From contig CAWAOM010000006.1 in assembly GCA_963783695.1 (NCBI GenBank), positions 324,715 through 388,714 of the forward strand: DNA of 64,000 bases. The letters are read 5' to 3'. The stretch comes from an uncultured Gammaproteobacteria bacterium (GTDB taxonomy: Bacteria; Pseudomonadota; Gammaproteobacteria; Steroidobacterales; BM003). Below, one piece after another: positions 19,158-29,740 of the stretch. The first letter of the stretch is position 1. Every line of letters begins with the position of its first letter. Under the pieces are notes generated by a model, which had not been told where the DNA came from, did no database searches, and saw only the letters and a list, made by a program, of their open reading frames with translations. Made by a program: the position numbers and the translations under genes.

Positions 19158-19658
19158 TCAGCCAAGGGCCTTCAGCGCGGCCGCATAATCGGGTTCGTCA
19201 CCAATTTCCGGAACGAGTTGTGCATGCACCACGGTGTCGTGCTCGTCGATCACTACGACCGCCCGGGCACACAGTCCGCGCAGCGGCCCTTCTTCGATCC
19301 GGACACCGTAGTTGACGCCGAATTCAGGCGCCCTGAAGGATGAGAGATTCTTCACCTGCTCAAGACCCTCGGATCCGCAATAACGACTTTGCGCAAACGG
19401 CAGATCGGCCGAGACATTCAATATCACGGTGTCGGCCTGCGCGCTCGCTTCCTCGTTAAACCTGCGCGCAGATGCGGCACAAACCGGCGTGTCGATGCTG
19501 GGAAAAATATTCAGCAATTTGCGCTGCCCCGACCACTGACCAAGCGTGTACTGCGCCAGGTCGGACCCGGTCAGTTCGAAGTCCGGTGCCTTGCTGCCAA
19601 TCGCCGGCAGCGCGCCGGCGGTGCGCGTCGGTTGACCCTTGAAAGTGATTCCTGCCAT
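19158..19658 (-). CDS. tpx: Thiol peroxidase (atypical 2-Cys peroxiredoxin)
   Basis: [12 protein letters not shown]...[10 protein letters not shown] peroxidatic Cys motif and 166 aa size match Tpx. Confidence 0.9.
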   Translation of the reverse strand: MAGITFKGQPTRTAGALPAIGSKAPDFELTGSDLAQYTLGQWSGQRKLLNIFPSIDTPVCAASARRFNEEASAQADTVILNVSADLPFAQSRYCGSEGLEQVKNLSSFRAPEFGVNYGVRIEEGPLRGLCARAVVVIDEHDTVVHAQLVPEIGDEPDYAAALKALG

Positions 19659-19678
19659 CGCTTTGGTCTCCAGCCCTT

Positions 19679-21052
19679 TCAGGCAACTTTTGCCCGTTGC
19701 AGGATGTCGGCAAGCGCGTCAGCGTAATGCCGTATGTCCTGGTCGGTTTTGGTCTCGGTCGCACATACGAGCATGCAATGGCCGAGTTCGGGAAAATCGG
19801 CTTCGAGATCGATGCCGCCGAGAATATCGCGTTGCGCCAACGCATCTAGAACCGGTTCTGGCGGCCGATCGAGGCGCAACACTGCCTCGTGGAATCCGGC
19901 ACCGGCAAACACGGGTTCGATGCCGTCCAGCGCGGACAACGCGCTCACCAGCGCACGGGTGTTGGCCACGCTCGCCGCGGCCACCCGCGCCAGGCCGCTG
20001 GCACCAAGCAGGCTCATGTAGATCGTCGCCGCGGTCATCACCAGGCCCTGGTTGGTGCAAATATTCGACGTTGCCTTGGAACGGCGAATATGTTGTTCCC
20101 GCGCCTGCAATGTCAGCGTAAAACCGGGCTTGTCATCAAGATCGACGGTTCGGCCGACGATTCGTCCTGGCATTTGCCTGACGAACGCCTGTTTGCAGGC
20201 CATAAACCCGAGATAGGGCCCGCCAGACGACAACGGCACGCCGAGCGGCTGGCCTTCGCCGCACGCGATATCGGCTCCTTCGCTGCCCCATTTGCCGGGA
20301 GGTCTGAGCAACGCGAGCGATGTCGGATTGACCAGCCCAATGGCAAGCGCACCGCGTGCATGGGCCCAGTCGGTCAACGCATCGACATCTTCATATCGGC
20401 CAAAGTAATTCGGTTGCGGCACGACCAGCGCCGTAATGTCGCTGTCGGCCCACGGCGCCAGCGCGGCAAGCGGCGTCGTGCCGGATTCGGGGTCAAAATC
20501 GACGCTGGCGAAGGTCACGCCCTGGTTGCCCGCAATACTATTCGCTACCCGCAGATAGCGCGGGTTGACGGTCCGCGGCACCAGCACCGTCGCCGATTTC
20601 GATTTGCGGTTGGCACGTATCGCCATCAGGCTCGCCTCTGCGAGCGCTGAGGCGCCATCGTAAAGCGAGGCATTGGACACATCGAGGCCGGTCAGCGCAG
20701 TGATCATGCTCTGAAACTCATAGATCAGCTGCAACGTACCCTGGCTTGCCTCCGCCTGGTATGGCGTATAGGCGGAGTAAAACTCGCCGCGGGTCGTAAT
20801 CTCCCATACCGCCGCAGGGATGTGGTGTTCGTAAGCGCCGCCGCCAAGAAAGCTCGCCGGACTGCCATCTCGTGCGGCAAGCTCGCGCATCGTCCGCGTG
20901 ATAGACATTTCCGGCACGGCCTCGGGAACTGCGTCGAGCGCCGCCGCCTTGAGTCCGGCCGGTATTTCGCTGAACAAATCCTCGATGTCATCGACGCCGA
21001 TCTCGGCAAGCATCTGCGCAATGTCTTCTTCGGTGTGCGGGATGAAAGCCAT
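19679..21052 (-). CDS. gcvPA: Glycine dehydrogenase (decarboxylating) subunit 1
   Basis: [20 protein letters not shown]...[14 protein letters not shown] typical GcvPA. Start at ATG 21052. Confidence 0.9.
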   Translation of the reverse strand: MAFIPHTEEDIAQMLAEIGVDDIEDLFSEIPAGLKAAALDAVPEAVPEMSITRTMRELAARDGSPASFLGGGAYEHHIPAAVWEITTRGEFYSAYTPYQAEASQGTLQLIYEFQSMITALTGLDVSNASLYDGASALAEASLMAIRANRKSKSATVLVPRTVNPRYLRVANSIAGNQGVTFASVDFDPESGTTPLAALAPWADSDITALVVPQPNYFGRYEDVDALTDWAHARGALAIGLVNPTSLALLRPPGKWGSEGADIACGEGQPLGVPLSSGGPYLGFMACKQAFVRQMPGRIVGRTVDLDDKPGFTLTLQAREQHIRRSKATSNICTNQGLVMTAATIYMSLLGASGLARVAAASVANTRALVSALSALDGIEPVFAGAGFHEAVLRLDRPPEPVLDALAQRDILGGIDLEADFPELGHCMLVCATETKTDQDIRHYADALADILQRAKVA

Positions 21053-21074
21053 ACCCGTGTCTCCCCGGGGCTCG

Positions 21075-21467
21075 TCAGCCCTCTTCGTCCAGTAATGCCT
21101 GATAGGCATCGGCATCCATCAATGCGTCCAGTTCAGCGCTGTCACCAGGCCGCATTGCGAACAGCCAGCCGGCACCGTACGGATCCTGATTGACCGTTTC
21201 GGGCGCGTCAGCCAGCAATTCGTTGGCGCCAACGATGTCACCGCCGATCGGGCTGTAAACATCGGAAGCGGCCTTGACCGACTCGACCACAGAGCAGCTG
21301 TCGCCGGCCGCCACCGTGGCGCCAATTTCAGGCGGTTCGATGTAGACCAGATCGCCCAGTGCGCTCTGCGCGTGATCGGTGATACCGACTTTGACGGTGC
21401 CGTCGTCCTCGACCCGCACCCATTCATGATCCTTCGTATATTTCAACTCGCCCGGCAGTTCGCTCAT
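21075..21467 (-). CDS. gcvH: Glycine cleavage system H protein
   Basis: [10 protein letters not shown]...[13 protein letters not shown] lipoyl-lysine motif. ATG 21473 is an alternative start. Confidence 0.93.
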   Translation of the reverse strand: MSELPGELKYTKDHEWVRVEDDGTVKVGITDHAQSALGDLVYIEPPEIGATVAAGDSCSVVESVKAASDVYSPIGGDIVGANELLADAPETVNQDPYGAGWLFAMRPGDSAELDALMDADAYQALLDEEG

Positions 21468-21512
21468 GATCACCCACTCCAGAAAAATAGAATCAGAAAA
21501 GCCCTGACGCCA

Positions 21513-22601
21513 TCACAGTTCTATGCGGATCTTCCCGTTGCGTACAAATGGCGGTTTAACGATTTTCGCCCGCAGTCGCTTGCCGCGAATCTCGATATGA
21601 CATTCGCCACTGGCCGCAGCGGGTACCCGCCCCATGCCTATCGCCCGCCCGATCGTTGGTGAGAAAGTGCCACTCGTGACCTCGCCGGCATCTTCGCCGA
21701 CGATGATCTTCTGATGACCACGCAAGACGCCGCGATCCTCCAGCAGCAGCCCGACAAATTTCCGCCCCACACCCTGTTCGCGTTGCTTTTCCAGCGCAAC
21801 GCGCCCGATAAATGACCTCTCCGCCGGCTCCCACGCAACCGTCCAGTCGAGACCGGACTCAAGCGGGCTGGTGGTCTCGTCCATATCGGTCCCATAAAGA
21901 TTCATGCCCGCCTCGAGACGCAACGTGTCGCGGGCACCGAGACCACAGGGACGAACATCGAGTGCCTCGAGCCCTCTCCAAGCGGTCGCGGCGGCATCGC
22001 CCGGCAGAGTGATTTCCCAGCCATCCTCGCCGGTATAGCCGGTTCTCGCCACGAGCCACTCGTCGATCTCCACCGCATGAAACGGTTTTGCCGCCATGGC
22101 CGCCTCGCGCGAGGCTTGCGGCAATATCTGCGCGGCGCGCTCACGCGCAGCCGGGCCCTGCACCGCGATCATCGCGAGATCGGCTCGCTCTGTCACAACC
22201 ACGTCAAAACCGTCGCTGTGCTGCCTAATCCAGGCGAGGTCTTTGTCCCGGGTCGCGGCATTGACCACCGCGCGAAACCTCCCGGGCGCGAGGAAGTAAA
22301 CGATCAGATCATCAATAATCCCACCCGACTCGTTGAGCATGCAGGTGTACAGCGCGCGCCCGGGCGTCTTGAGCCTGGCGACATCATTGGCCAGCAAGTA
22401 CTGCAAATACGGCAATGCGCCGCCGCCCTCGAGGTCGACGACCGTCATATGCGAGACATCAAACATGCCGGCATCGCTGCGGACAGCGTGGTGCTCGTCG
22501 ATCTGCGACCCGTAGTGCAGCGGCATATCCCAGCCGCCGAAATCGACAATGCGCGCGTTAGCGGCGACGTGGCAATCGTATAGTGGCGTACGCTGTTGCA
22601 T
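21513..22601 (-). CDS. gcvT: Aminomethyltransferase (glycine cleavage T protein)
   Basis: MQQRTPLYDCHVAANARIVDFGGWDMPLHYGSQIDEHHAVR typical GcvT. Confidence 0.93.
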   Translation of the reverse strand: MQQRTPLYDCHVAANARIVDFGGWDMPLHYGSQIDEHHAVRSDAGMFDVSHMTVVDLEGGGALPYLQYLLANDVARLKTPGRALYTCMLNESGGIIDDLIVYFLAPGRFRAVVNAATRDKDLAWIRQHSDGFDVVVTERADLAMIAVQGPAARERAAQILPQASREAAMAAKPFHAVEIDEWLVARTGYTGEDGWEITLPGDAAATAWRGLEALDVRPCGLGARDTLRLEAGMNLYGTDMDETTSPLESGLDWTVAWEPAERSFIGRVALEKQREQGVGRKFVGLLLEDRGVLRGHQKIIVGEDAGEVTSGTFSPTIGRAIGMGRVPAAASGECHIEIRGKRLRAKIVKPPFVRNGKIRIEL

Positions 22602-22664
22602 GCTGGCCTCGCTCTTTATTCCAGGACTGCGTCGGACGGTTACAGGTAGCAGGTCGGCACCCGC

Positions 22665-22852
22665 CGCCCCTCTGTCCTGAAACCTGAGAGATTGGATGCT
22701 GCGTCAGCGCCATCCGGCCCCTTCGGTGGGCTGCTCATGCAGCCGCTCTCCAGAGCCAACCAGCCTCTCCCGGTCCGTTTGCCTGAGCGTTTCCGGGCGG
22801 GTTGCGCCTTCGGCGCCCCGAATTTCTGTTCCGGGGTCTCTCCCAGGGGAGG
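22665..22852 (-). promoter_or_regulatory. Tandem glycine riboswitch (two aptamers) in the gcvT leader
   Basis: The minus strand reads CTGGGAGAGACCCCGG...CGGGGCGCCGAAGGCGCAA...CTCAGGCAAACGGACCGGGAG, then CTCTGGAGAGCGGCTG...CAGCCCACCGAAGGGGCC...CTCAGGTTTCAGGACAGAGGGG. Both halves carry the GGAGAG / CACCGAAGGGGC / CTCAGG..GGAC consensus blocks. Confidence 0.88.
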
Positions 22853-22871
22853 CTATGGGTTGGAGCCCGAG

Positions 22872-22901
22872 ATAATAGCCGATCGTCCGGCCCTCCTCCA
22901 A
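22872..22901 (-). promoter_or_regulatory. Possible sigma-70 promoter for the riboswitch-gcv operon
   Basis: Minus strand TTGGAG (22901-22896), an 18-bp spacer, then TATTAT (22877-22872), about 20 nt upstream of the first aptamer. Confidence 0.35.
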
Positions 22902-22971
22902 TCACAGTGCTTGCGGCGCCGCAATTTGACGGCGACAATTACGCGCCTTAAAAAACCGGAGTGTTCGGAGA

Positions 22972-24747
22972 ATGAATCCGATCCGCCTTTTCCCCCTGTT
23001 CCTGGTCGCCCTTGCCACTATCGCCTCCCCGCCAGCCCGCGCCGACGCGGCGACCGCGGTTGCGGAATTGCACGCGGTATTTGCCGACGCCTGGGAACTC
23101 GACCTGAAAAACAACCCGATTTACGCCAGCTACCTTGGCGACACCCGCTACAACGACCGCTGGCCCGATCTGCGCATGGAGGAACTCGAACGTCAGCATC
23201 TGGAGAACGGTGAGATTCTCGTCAGGCTGTCAGAGATCAGCTTCAGCGAACTTCCTGAAGCGGACAAGCTCAACTATGAGTTGTTCAAGCGCGAATACCA
23301 GGAACGTCTCGAAGCATACAAATACATGACATTCCTGCAGCCACTCAATCAGCGCAGCGGCGTGCAGACCGCAAACCAGATAACCCAGGCTCTGAATTTT
23401 GCCTCGCTCGAGGATTATGCGGACTGGATTGCGCGGCTCGCAGCGCTCGGACTCTACGTCGACCAGACGATCGAATTGCTGCGCCAGGGCATCAGCCGCG
23501 GCATGACCCATCCGCGAATCATCATGCAGCGGGTACCGCCGCAGATTGAAACCCAGTTGGTCGAGAAGGCTGAGGACAGCCCTTTTTTCGCGCCATTCGA
23601 TAATTTTCCTGAATCGATCGGCGAACAGGAACGCGAGCGCCTGAGTGAACTGGGGGCGCGCACGATCCGCGACGTCGTGATACCGGCTTATCAGCGGTTG
23701 GACACCTTTTTTCGCGATACCTACCTGCCGGCCTGCCGCGAAACCGTCGGCGCCTGGGACTTGCCGGCAGGGCGCGAATTCTACGAGTTCCGAGCCCGTT
23801 CCTATACGACCACCGCACTGACGCCGGATGAGATTCACGAGATTGGCGTCGCCGAGGTACAACGTATCCGCGAGGAAATGGGAGCAGTGATCGAGGAGGT
23901 CGGCTTTTCGGGCAGCTTCGACGAGTTTCTGCAATTCCTGCGCACCGACAGCCAGTTCTATTACGACAACCCCGACGATCTGCTGGAGGCCTACCGTGCG
24001 ACCAGCAAGCGAATCGACCCCGAACTGGTCAAGTTGTTTGGCCGGCTTCCGCGCATGCCGTACGGGGTGAAGCCGATTCCGGCAGCCTCGGCACCGGACA
24101 CGACGACCGCCTACTATAGCCGCCCGGCCGCTGACGGCAGCCGTGCGGGATACTATTACGTCAACCTGTACCGGCCCGAGGTTCGGCCGAAATACGAAAT
24201 CGAAGTGCTGACGGTGCACGAGGCAATGCCGGGCCATCATCTGCAAATAGCGCTCGCACAGGAACTCGGTGATTTGCCCAATTTCCGCCGTTACTCGGGG
24301 TTTACCGCATTTGTCGAAGGCTGGGCGCTGTACAGCGAGAGCCTTGGCCCCGAATTGGGGCTGTACAAGGACCCCTACTCGCGATTCGGTCAGCTCACTT
24401 ACGACATGTGGCGCGCGGTTCGTCTCGTCGTCGATACCGGGATCCACTTTCGTGGCTGGAGCCGCGACGAGGCGATCGAGTTTTTCAAGGCCAACGCGGC
24501 GAAAACCGAGCATGACATCATTAACGAAATCGACCGCTATATCGCGTGGCCCGGCCAGGCCCTGGCCTACAAGATCGGCCAGCTAAAAATTCTGGAACTG
24601 CGCGAACGCAGCGAACTCCGGCTCGGCGAGAACTTCGATATCAAGGCGTTCCACGACAGGGTTCTGGGCGGTGGCGCGGTTCCGCTCGACGTACTGGAGT
24701 CCAACGTCGGCCAATGGATCATGGACACGCTCGCCACGACCGAGTGA
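22972..24747 (+). CDS. DUF885-family secreted protein (metallopeptidase-like HExxH-type motif)
   Basis: Signal peptide [34 protein letters not shown] motif, and the [16 protein letters not shown]-terminal block typical of DUF885. Confidence 0.8.
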   Translation: MNPIRLFPLFLVALATIASPPARADAATAVAELHAVFADAWELDLKNNPIYASYLGDTRYNDRWPDLRMEELERQHLENGEILVRLSEISFSELPEADKLNYELFKREYQERLEAYKYMTFLQPLNQRSGVQTANQITQALNFASLEDYADWIARLAALGLYVDQTIELLRQGISRGMTHPRIIMQRVPPQIETQLVEKAEDSPFFAPFDNFPESIGEQERERLSELGARTIRDVVIPAYQRLDTFFRDTYLPACRETVGAWDLPAGREFYEFRARSYTTTALTPDEIHEIGVAEVQRIREEMGAVIEEVGFSGSFDEFLQFLRTDSQFYYDNPDDLLEAYRATSKRIDPELVKLFGRLPRMPYGVKPIPAASAPDTTTAYYSRPAADGSRAGYYYVNLYRPEVRPKYEIEVLTVHEAMPGHHLQIALAQELGDLPNFRRYSGFTAFVEGWALYSESLGPELGLYKDPYSRFGQLTYDMWRAVRLVVDTGIHFRGWSRDEAIEFFKANAAKTEHDIINEIDRYIAWPGQALAYKIGQLKILELRERSELRLGENFDIKAFHDRVLGGGAVPLDVLESNVGQWIMDTLATTE

Positions 24748-24775
24748 GTCGGGCGACAGCGACACAGGGAGCAAA

Positions 24776-25996
24776 GTGACTAACAGACGTAAAACTACTG
24801 CAGTCCCGGTCGGCGGCGTCGTGATCGGCGGCGGCGCCCCGATCGTCGTCCAGTCGATGACAAATACCGACACCGCCGATGCGCGCGCGACGGCTGATCA
24901 GGTTGCAAGCCTCGCCGGCGCCGGCTCCGAACTGGTCCGGATTACCGTTAACAACGAGGACGCGGCGCGCCAGGTTCCGCACATCCGTGACCTGCTGGCG
25001 CGCAAAGGCGTCGAAGTGCCGCTGGTCGGCGATTTTCATTTCAACGGCCACAAGTTGCTGACCCGCTACCCCGACTGCGCCGAGGCGCTGGCAAAGTACC
25101 GTATTAATCCGGGCAATGTCGGCCGCGGCAGCAAACGCGACTCGCAGTTTGGCGCGATGATCGAAGTTGCGTGCCGCTACGACAAGCCCGTGCGGATCGG
25201 GGTCAACTGGGGCAGCCTCGACCAGGAATTGCTAACCCGACTAATGGACCAGAACTCGGAGCTGCCAACGCCGCACGAGGCAACGGCCATCGTCCATGAG
25301 GCGATGATCCAGTCGGCGATCGCCAGCGCGGAGCAGGCCCGCCAGCTGGGACTCGGCGCCGATCGCATCGTTCTGTCATGCAAAATGAGCGGCGTTCAGG
25401 ACCTGATCGGGGTTTATGCGGAACTCGCTCGGCGCTGCGACTATGCGTTGCATCTCGGCCTCACCGAGGCCGGTATGGGGTCAAAGGGAATCGTCGCCTC
25501 GACCGCGGCGTTAGCGGTATTGCTGCAACAGGGAATCGGCGACACGATTCGGATCTCGCTGACCCCTGAGCCGGGCGGTGACCGCAGCCGCGAAGTGATC
25601 GTTGCCCAGGAAATTCTGCAAACCATGGGGCTGCGGGCATTTACGCCGATGGTAATCGCGTGTCCCGGCTGCGGACGTACGACCAGCACTTTCTTCCAGG
25701 AGCTCGCGCGGGATATACAATCTCATGTCCGCGAGCGCATGCCGCAGTGGCGCAGCGAATACATCGGCGTCGAATCGATGACGGTCGCCGTAATGGGTTG
25801 CGTGGTCAATGGACCGGGAGAAAGCAAGCACGCCAACCTCGGTATCAGCCTGCCGGGGACTGGCGAGGTTCCGGTCGCGCCGGTCTACGAAGACGGCAAG
25901 AAAACGGTGACGCTGAAAGGTCAGGGTATTGCCGGCCAGTTCCAGCAACTTGTCGAAGACTATGTCGCCAGACGCTACCCGCGCCGCGAACCCTGA
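24776..25996 (+). CDS. ispG: 4-hydroxy-3-methylbut-2-en-1-yl diphosphate synthase
   Basis: [22 protein letters not shown] and ACPGCGRT Fe-S motifs. GTG start at 24776 is preceded by AGGGAG. The ORF-track start at 24671 overlaps the DUF885 gene. Confidence 0.9.
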   Translation: MTNRRKTTAVPVGGVVIGGGAPIVVQSMTNTDTADARATADQVASLAGAGSELVRITVNNEDAARQVPHIRDLLARKGVEVPLVGDFHFNGHKLLTRYPDCAEALAKYRINPGNVGRGSKRDSQFGAMIEVACRYDKPVRIGVNWGSLDQELLTRLMDQNSELPTPHEATAIVHEAMIQSAIASAEQARQLGLGADRIVLSCKMSGVQDLIGVYAELARRCDYALHLGLTEAGMGSKGIVASTAALAVLLQQGIGDTIRISLTPEPGGDRSREVIVAQEILQTMGLRAFTPMVIACPGCGRTTSTFFQELARDIQSHVRERMPQWRSEYIGVESMTVAVMGCVVNGPGESKHANLGISLPGTGEVPVAPVYEDGKKTVTLKGQGIAGQFQQLVEDYVARRYPRREP

Positions 25997-26046
25997 CGAT
26001 TGCGGCAACCTGTAGCATCGGCCCTGTTGTTTCCGGAGAAGAACTA

Positions 26047-26382
26047 ATGAACGATCTGCGAGATAAGCAATGCAAACCGTGCGAGGGCGGCGTCGAGCCG
26101 TTGGATCGCGCCCAGGCCGAGGACTACCTCGACAAACTCGCTGCTGACTGGACTATCGACGCGGCTGGAAAAGCCATACAGAAAGAGTTTCGCTTCGCCG
26201 ATTTCCATCATACGATGGCGTTCGTCAATGCCCTTGCCTGGATTGCCCATGGCGAGGATCATCACCCCGACCTCGAGCTTGGATATGGCCGTTGCCTGGT
26301 CCGTTACAGCACCCATGCCATCGCCGGCTTGTCGGAGAATGACTTCATCTGCGCCGCCAAAATAGACGCTCTCGGCGCCTGA
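26047..26382 (+). CDS. phhB: Pterin-4-alpha-carbinolamine dehydratase
   Basis: MNDLRDKQCKPCEGG...HHPDLELGYGRCLVRYSTH matches PCD/DCoH. ATG 26047; the upstream ORF-track extension is inside ispG. Confidence 0.88.
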   Translation: MNDLRDKQCKPCEGGVEPLDRAQAEDYLDKLAADWTIDAAGKAIQKEFRFADFHHTMAFVNALAWIAHGEDHHPDLELGYGRCLVRYSTHAIAGLSENDFICAAKIDALGA

Positions 26383-26391
26383 ATTCGGCCG

Positions 26392-26934
26392 TTACCAGCG
26401 CGCCGTCAGGCTGAAATACCAGCCGTCGCCCGTGACCATTGCCGCTACGTCGATATTGTCGTTTCGCGGTGTCACGAACGCATGGGTCAGCGCGGTTGCC
26501 AGCGCCGCGCCCGCCAGCACGTCCCAGCCATCGTGTTTATCGGCATCGATCCGGGTCCAACCCACATATCCGGCGACCAGGTATGCCGGCGCGCCGATGC
26601 GCCAGCCGTAGCGGCGCTGTATAAAAGAGGCGCCGGAAAAAGCAGTGGCAGCATGACCCGAGGGAAACGCATCGTCGTCGCCATCGTCATCGGGTCGTTC
26701 CTTGTCGATAATCGTCTTCAGCACCAGCGTGCCTGCCGCCGTGGCGCCGAAAGCCTTGTAGAACTGTACCCGGCCGGGCTGGTCGTCGCGTTTGAGGGTC
26801 ATACCCCACGCCGCAAGCGGCAGAGCAACCCGCAGGATGTCACCGGAGATTTCAACCGCATCGGCGCTACAAGCGGTGCGCGGACCCGCACCGACGCACA
26901 ACAGCAGCGCCAGCAGCAGCCAGTGGCGGAGCAT
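26392..26934 (-). CDS. PAP2-superfamily phosphatase, secreted/membrane-associated
   Basis: Signal peptide, then KxxxxxRP (KTIIDKERP), PSGH (FPSGHAA) and RIDADKHDGWDV motif blocks. Confidence 0.7.
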   Translation of the reverse strand: MLRHWLLLALLLCVGAGPRTACSADAVEISGDILRVALPLAAWGMTLKRDDQPGRVQFYKAFGATAAGTLVLKTIIDKERPDDDGDDDAFPSGHAATAFSGASFIQRRYGWRIGAPAYLVAGYVGWTRIDADKHDGWDVLAGAALATALTHAFVTPRNDNIDVAAMVTGDGWYFSLTARW

Positions 26935-26941
26935 ATCGGGT

Positions 26942-27211
26942 TCAGATTCCGAGTTTGTTCAGGACGTCCATGATGCGTCCGAGCGTCAGTGTCAGCGTAG
27001 GGTGGGAGTCTTCGAATTCATCGATCGCCTGACGCACGGGTTCGACCAGGCTGCTCGGAGCCACGGAAGCCTCGGGCTCGCCGAGCCGTGACTCGATGGT
27101 CGACTGCAATTGTTCCAGGCGCTTTTTCAGATCGCCTTCCAGGCTGTCCGCCCCCGCAATCTGCTGATCCAGTTCGGCGAGCAGTTCTTCGAGTCTTTTC
27201 TGCGGCATCAT
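26942..27211 (-). CDS. DUF4404-family small protein
   Basis: 89 aa, coiled-coil N-terminus, and a C-terminal ...HPTLTLTLGRIMDVLNKLGI motif typical of DUF4404. Confidence 0.6.
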   Translation of the reverse strand: MMPQKRLEELLAELDQQIAGADSLEGDLKKRLEQLQSTIESRLGEPEASVAPSSLVEPVRQAIDEFEDSHPTLTLTLGRIMDVLNKLGI

Positions 27212-27244
27212 CTCTCCACTTCGGCTTCGTATGTTGATGCGGGA

Positions 27245-28522
27245 CTAGTTTACGCCGTCGCCACCATTGCCGTGCGACCAGGCACCGGCACGCGCATCTT
27301 CGCGTGCCCAGCGCGGAAGGTCACCACCAACGCCGGTCGCTCGCAACATGAAAAACCGCTTGATCAGCGCGCTTTTGTCAATCAGCCCGAGGCCGGTTGC
27401 GCGCAAGTGCCCAAGCGGCGCAGCCCGCGCCGAAAACAAACGGTGCAGCAGATCGATCGAACCGGCCATCGCCAGGTTCTCGCCCTTGCGCCATCTTTCG
27501 TAACGGCGCAGCGGCCGACTGTCGCCCGGGTCGGCGCCACGCTCAAGCGCTTCCGCCAGCACCTCGGCCATTGCCGCAGCATCCAGAAACCCGAGGTTTA
27601 CCCCCTGGCCCGCCATCGGGTGCACCGCGTGCGCCGCGTCGCCAATCAGGGCAAGGCGCTGGCCGGTGTAACGGCGCGCATGCAGAGCACGAAGCGGAAA
27701 ACTGGCGCGGCCAGAGACCGACTCAACCGATCCAAGTACGCCATCGCTCGCTTTTTCGAGCGCTGCGCAGAATTCCTGCCCGGTGCATGCCAGCAGGCTC
27801 TCGGCCGCCGCCGGCGTGGTCGACCAGACGATCGAGCACTGCCCGTCCGCGAGCGGCAAAAACGCCAGCGGACCATCGGGCAAAAAGCGCTGCCACGCAG
27901 TTTGCGTGTGAGCACGCTCCGTCGCGACGGTAGCAACGACCGCATGCTGCTGGTAGTCGCGTTGCCGGGTCGGGATTCGCGCAATCCTGCGTATTGAAGA
28001 GTTGGCACCATCCGCACCAACCAGCAACCGCGTCGTGATGGTCTCACCGCCTGCCAGCGCAACGATCACCCGGCATGCCTCGGCATCGAAGGCCTCGACC
28101 CGTTCCGGGCAAATCCACTCAATCGCCGAATGCCTGGCCAGCGCTGCAAACAAACCGGCCTGAATCGATCGATTTTCGACAATATGACCCAGTTCGGAAA
28201 CGCCCAATTCTGCACTGTCGAAACAAAGCGACGCGGCCCCGTCCGGTGAACCGGAGGAATCCCAGACCACCATGCGCCGGTATGGCGACAAACGCGCCGG
28301 CGCCATGGCCTGCCACGCCCCGGCCGCCTGCAATATATGCCGTGAGGCTCCGGATACCGCCGACACCCTGTTATTCCAACCGTCATCCAGCGCCGGCATT
28401 GGTTCGGGCTGGCGGCCTTCGACAATGGCGATACGCAAACCAGGCGAAGCAACAGCAACAAGATTGGCCAGCGTGGCGCCGACCATGCCTCCGCCGGCAA
28501 CGACAACATCATAATCGGTCAT
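27245..28522 (-). CDS. ubiI: UbiH/UbiF/VisC/COQ6-family FAD-dependent ubiquinone hydroxylase (VisC/UbiI position)
   Basis: YDVVVAGGGMVGATLA dinucleotide motif and GDAAHAVHPMAGQGVNLG. Positioned after ubiH as in the E. coli pepP-ubiH-visC order. Confidence 0.8.
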   Translation of the reverse strand: MTDYDVVVAGGGMVGATLANLVAVASPGLRIAIVEGRQPEPMPALDDGWNNRVSAVSGASRHILQAAGAWQAMAPARLSPYRRMVVWDSSGSPDGAASLCFDSAELGVSELGHIVENRSIQAGLFAALARHSAIEWICPERVEAFDAEACRVIVALAGGETITTRLLVGADGANSSIRRIARIPTRQRDYQQHAVVATVATERAHTQTAWQRFLPDGPLAFLPLADGQCSIVWSTTPAAAESLLACTGQEFCAALEKASDGVLGSVESVSGRASFPLRALHARRYTGQRLALIGDAAHAVHPMAGQGVNLGFLDAAAMAEVLAEALERGADPGDSRPLRRYERWRKGENLAMAGSIDLLHRLFSARAAPLGHLRATGLGLIDKSALIKRFFMLRATGVGGDLPRWAREDARAGAWSHGNGGDGVN

Positions 28523-29733
28523 AGCAGCGGGACCCCGCGTGCCAGCCGCGGTAACTTTCCGGCACGACCCATCGTGTGGCGGGCGAACAGGCGTTTCGCT
28601 GCGGGCATCAACTCAAACATGATCAACCCGGCATTCCGGGCACCGCGCACGGGAGCAAGCGGGTTTGTGAATAGCTTCACAAGCCCATCGGTAAACGCGA
28701 TCACTTTGTTCTGGTCGGCACGACGCCATTCGTTATATTGGGCGAGCATTTCGGTTGCCCCGGGGTCGGCGCGATGATCCGCGAGGGTCTCGGCGAGAGC
28801 GGCGACATCACGCAGACTGAGATTGAAGCCCTGGCCCGCGACCGGGTGCAGTCCGTGTGCCGCATTTCCCAGCAACACCGCGCGCGGGCGCGTTTGTTGT
28901 CGTGCCTGCACAAGATACAACGGGTATGCAGCGCGCCGGGCTACCCGCTCGATCGCCCCGAGACGGAAACCAAACTGCTCCTGGAGGCAAGCGGTAAATA
29001 CGTCGTCATCCCACCCGAGTACCGTTTCGCAGTTCTCACGCGCAACGGTCCAGACAACACTGCAGCGATTATCGTCGAGCGGCAGCACGGCCAGAGGCCC
29101 GCTATCGGTGAAGCGTTCGAACGCGGTACCGTGGTGGGGCCGGGCCGTGGCAATCGTCGTCACTACCGCGTTCTGACCATAGTCGGATACCCGCGCCTGC
29201 AATGCCAACGCATCCCGCAGCCGTGACCGTGCCCCATCTGCCGCAACCAGCAGTCTGGCGCTGATGCGGCGCTGACCTGCACCGGTTGTCACACTGAGAC
29301 AGGCTTTGTCGGCGCCGATATCGACGTCCCCGACCGAGGCCGGCGCCAGCAAATCAATATTCGCGGCGCGTTCGAGTAGCGGCCATAAGGTACGGCCGAT
29401 AACGCGATTCGGTACGACATAACCCAATGCCGGAACACCCTGCTCGCGTGCCGAGATACGCGATATCCCGGGGCGTCCGCGCTCCGAGATGTGGATTGTG
29501 TCGATAGGCGTCGCCTGCGCCGCCATCGCTGTCCAGCAGCCAATCGTTGCGAGAATAACCCGGCTTCCGTAGGCAACCGCGGTACACCTTTCGTCGAAAC
29601 TCGGTTGCGCCACCGTCTCGGGCAGGTGAGTCTCGACCACTGCAATGCGCAGGTCCAGCGGAGCAAGCGCGGCCGCGAGGCTTGCGCCGACCATACCGCC
29701 ACCGGCAATGACTATGTCGTAATGCTCGCTCAT
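28519..29733 (-). CDS. ubiH: 2-octaprenyl-6-methoxyphenol hydroxylase
   Basis: YDIVIAGGGMVGASLA and GNAAHGLHPVAGQGFNLSLRD. Has a 4-nt overlap with the downstream hydroxylase gene. Confidence 0.82.
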   Translation of the reverse strand: MSEHYDIVIAGGGMVGASLAAALAPLDLRIAVVETHLPETVAQPSFDERCTAVAYGSRVILATIGCWTAMAAQATPIDTIHISERGRPGISRISAREQGVPALGYVVPNRVIGRTLWPLLERAANIDLLAPASVGDVDIGADKACLSVTTGAGQRRISARLLVAADGARSRLRDALALQARVSDYGQNAVVTTIATARPHHGTAFERFTDSGPLAVLPLDDNRCSVVWTVARENCETVLGWDDDVFTACLQEQFGFRLGAIERVARRAAYPLYLVQARQQTRPRAVLLGNAAHGLHPVAGQGFNLSLRDVAALAETLADHRADPGATEMLAQYNEWRRADQNKVIAFTDGLVKLFTNPLAPVRGARNAGLIMFELMPAAKRLFARHTMGRAGKLPRLARGVPLL

Positions 29734-29740
29734 TTCTGCA

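Noticed and set aside
17696-19315. 539-aa plus-strand ORF
   Set aside because: It is antisense to gcvPB and tpx and shows no motifs, so I treat it as a shadow ORF.
23230-24513. 427-aa minus-strand ORF
   Set aside because: It is antisense to the DUF885 gene, which has a signal peptide and family motifs.
24671-24775. Upstream extension of ispG
   Set aside because: It overlaps the DUF885 gene's 3' end. Conserved IspG sequence begins just after GTG 24776, which has an AGGGAG ribosome-binding site.
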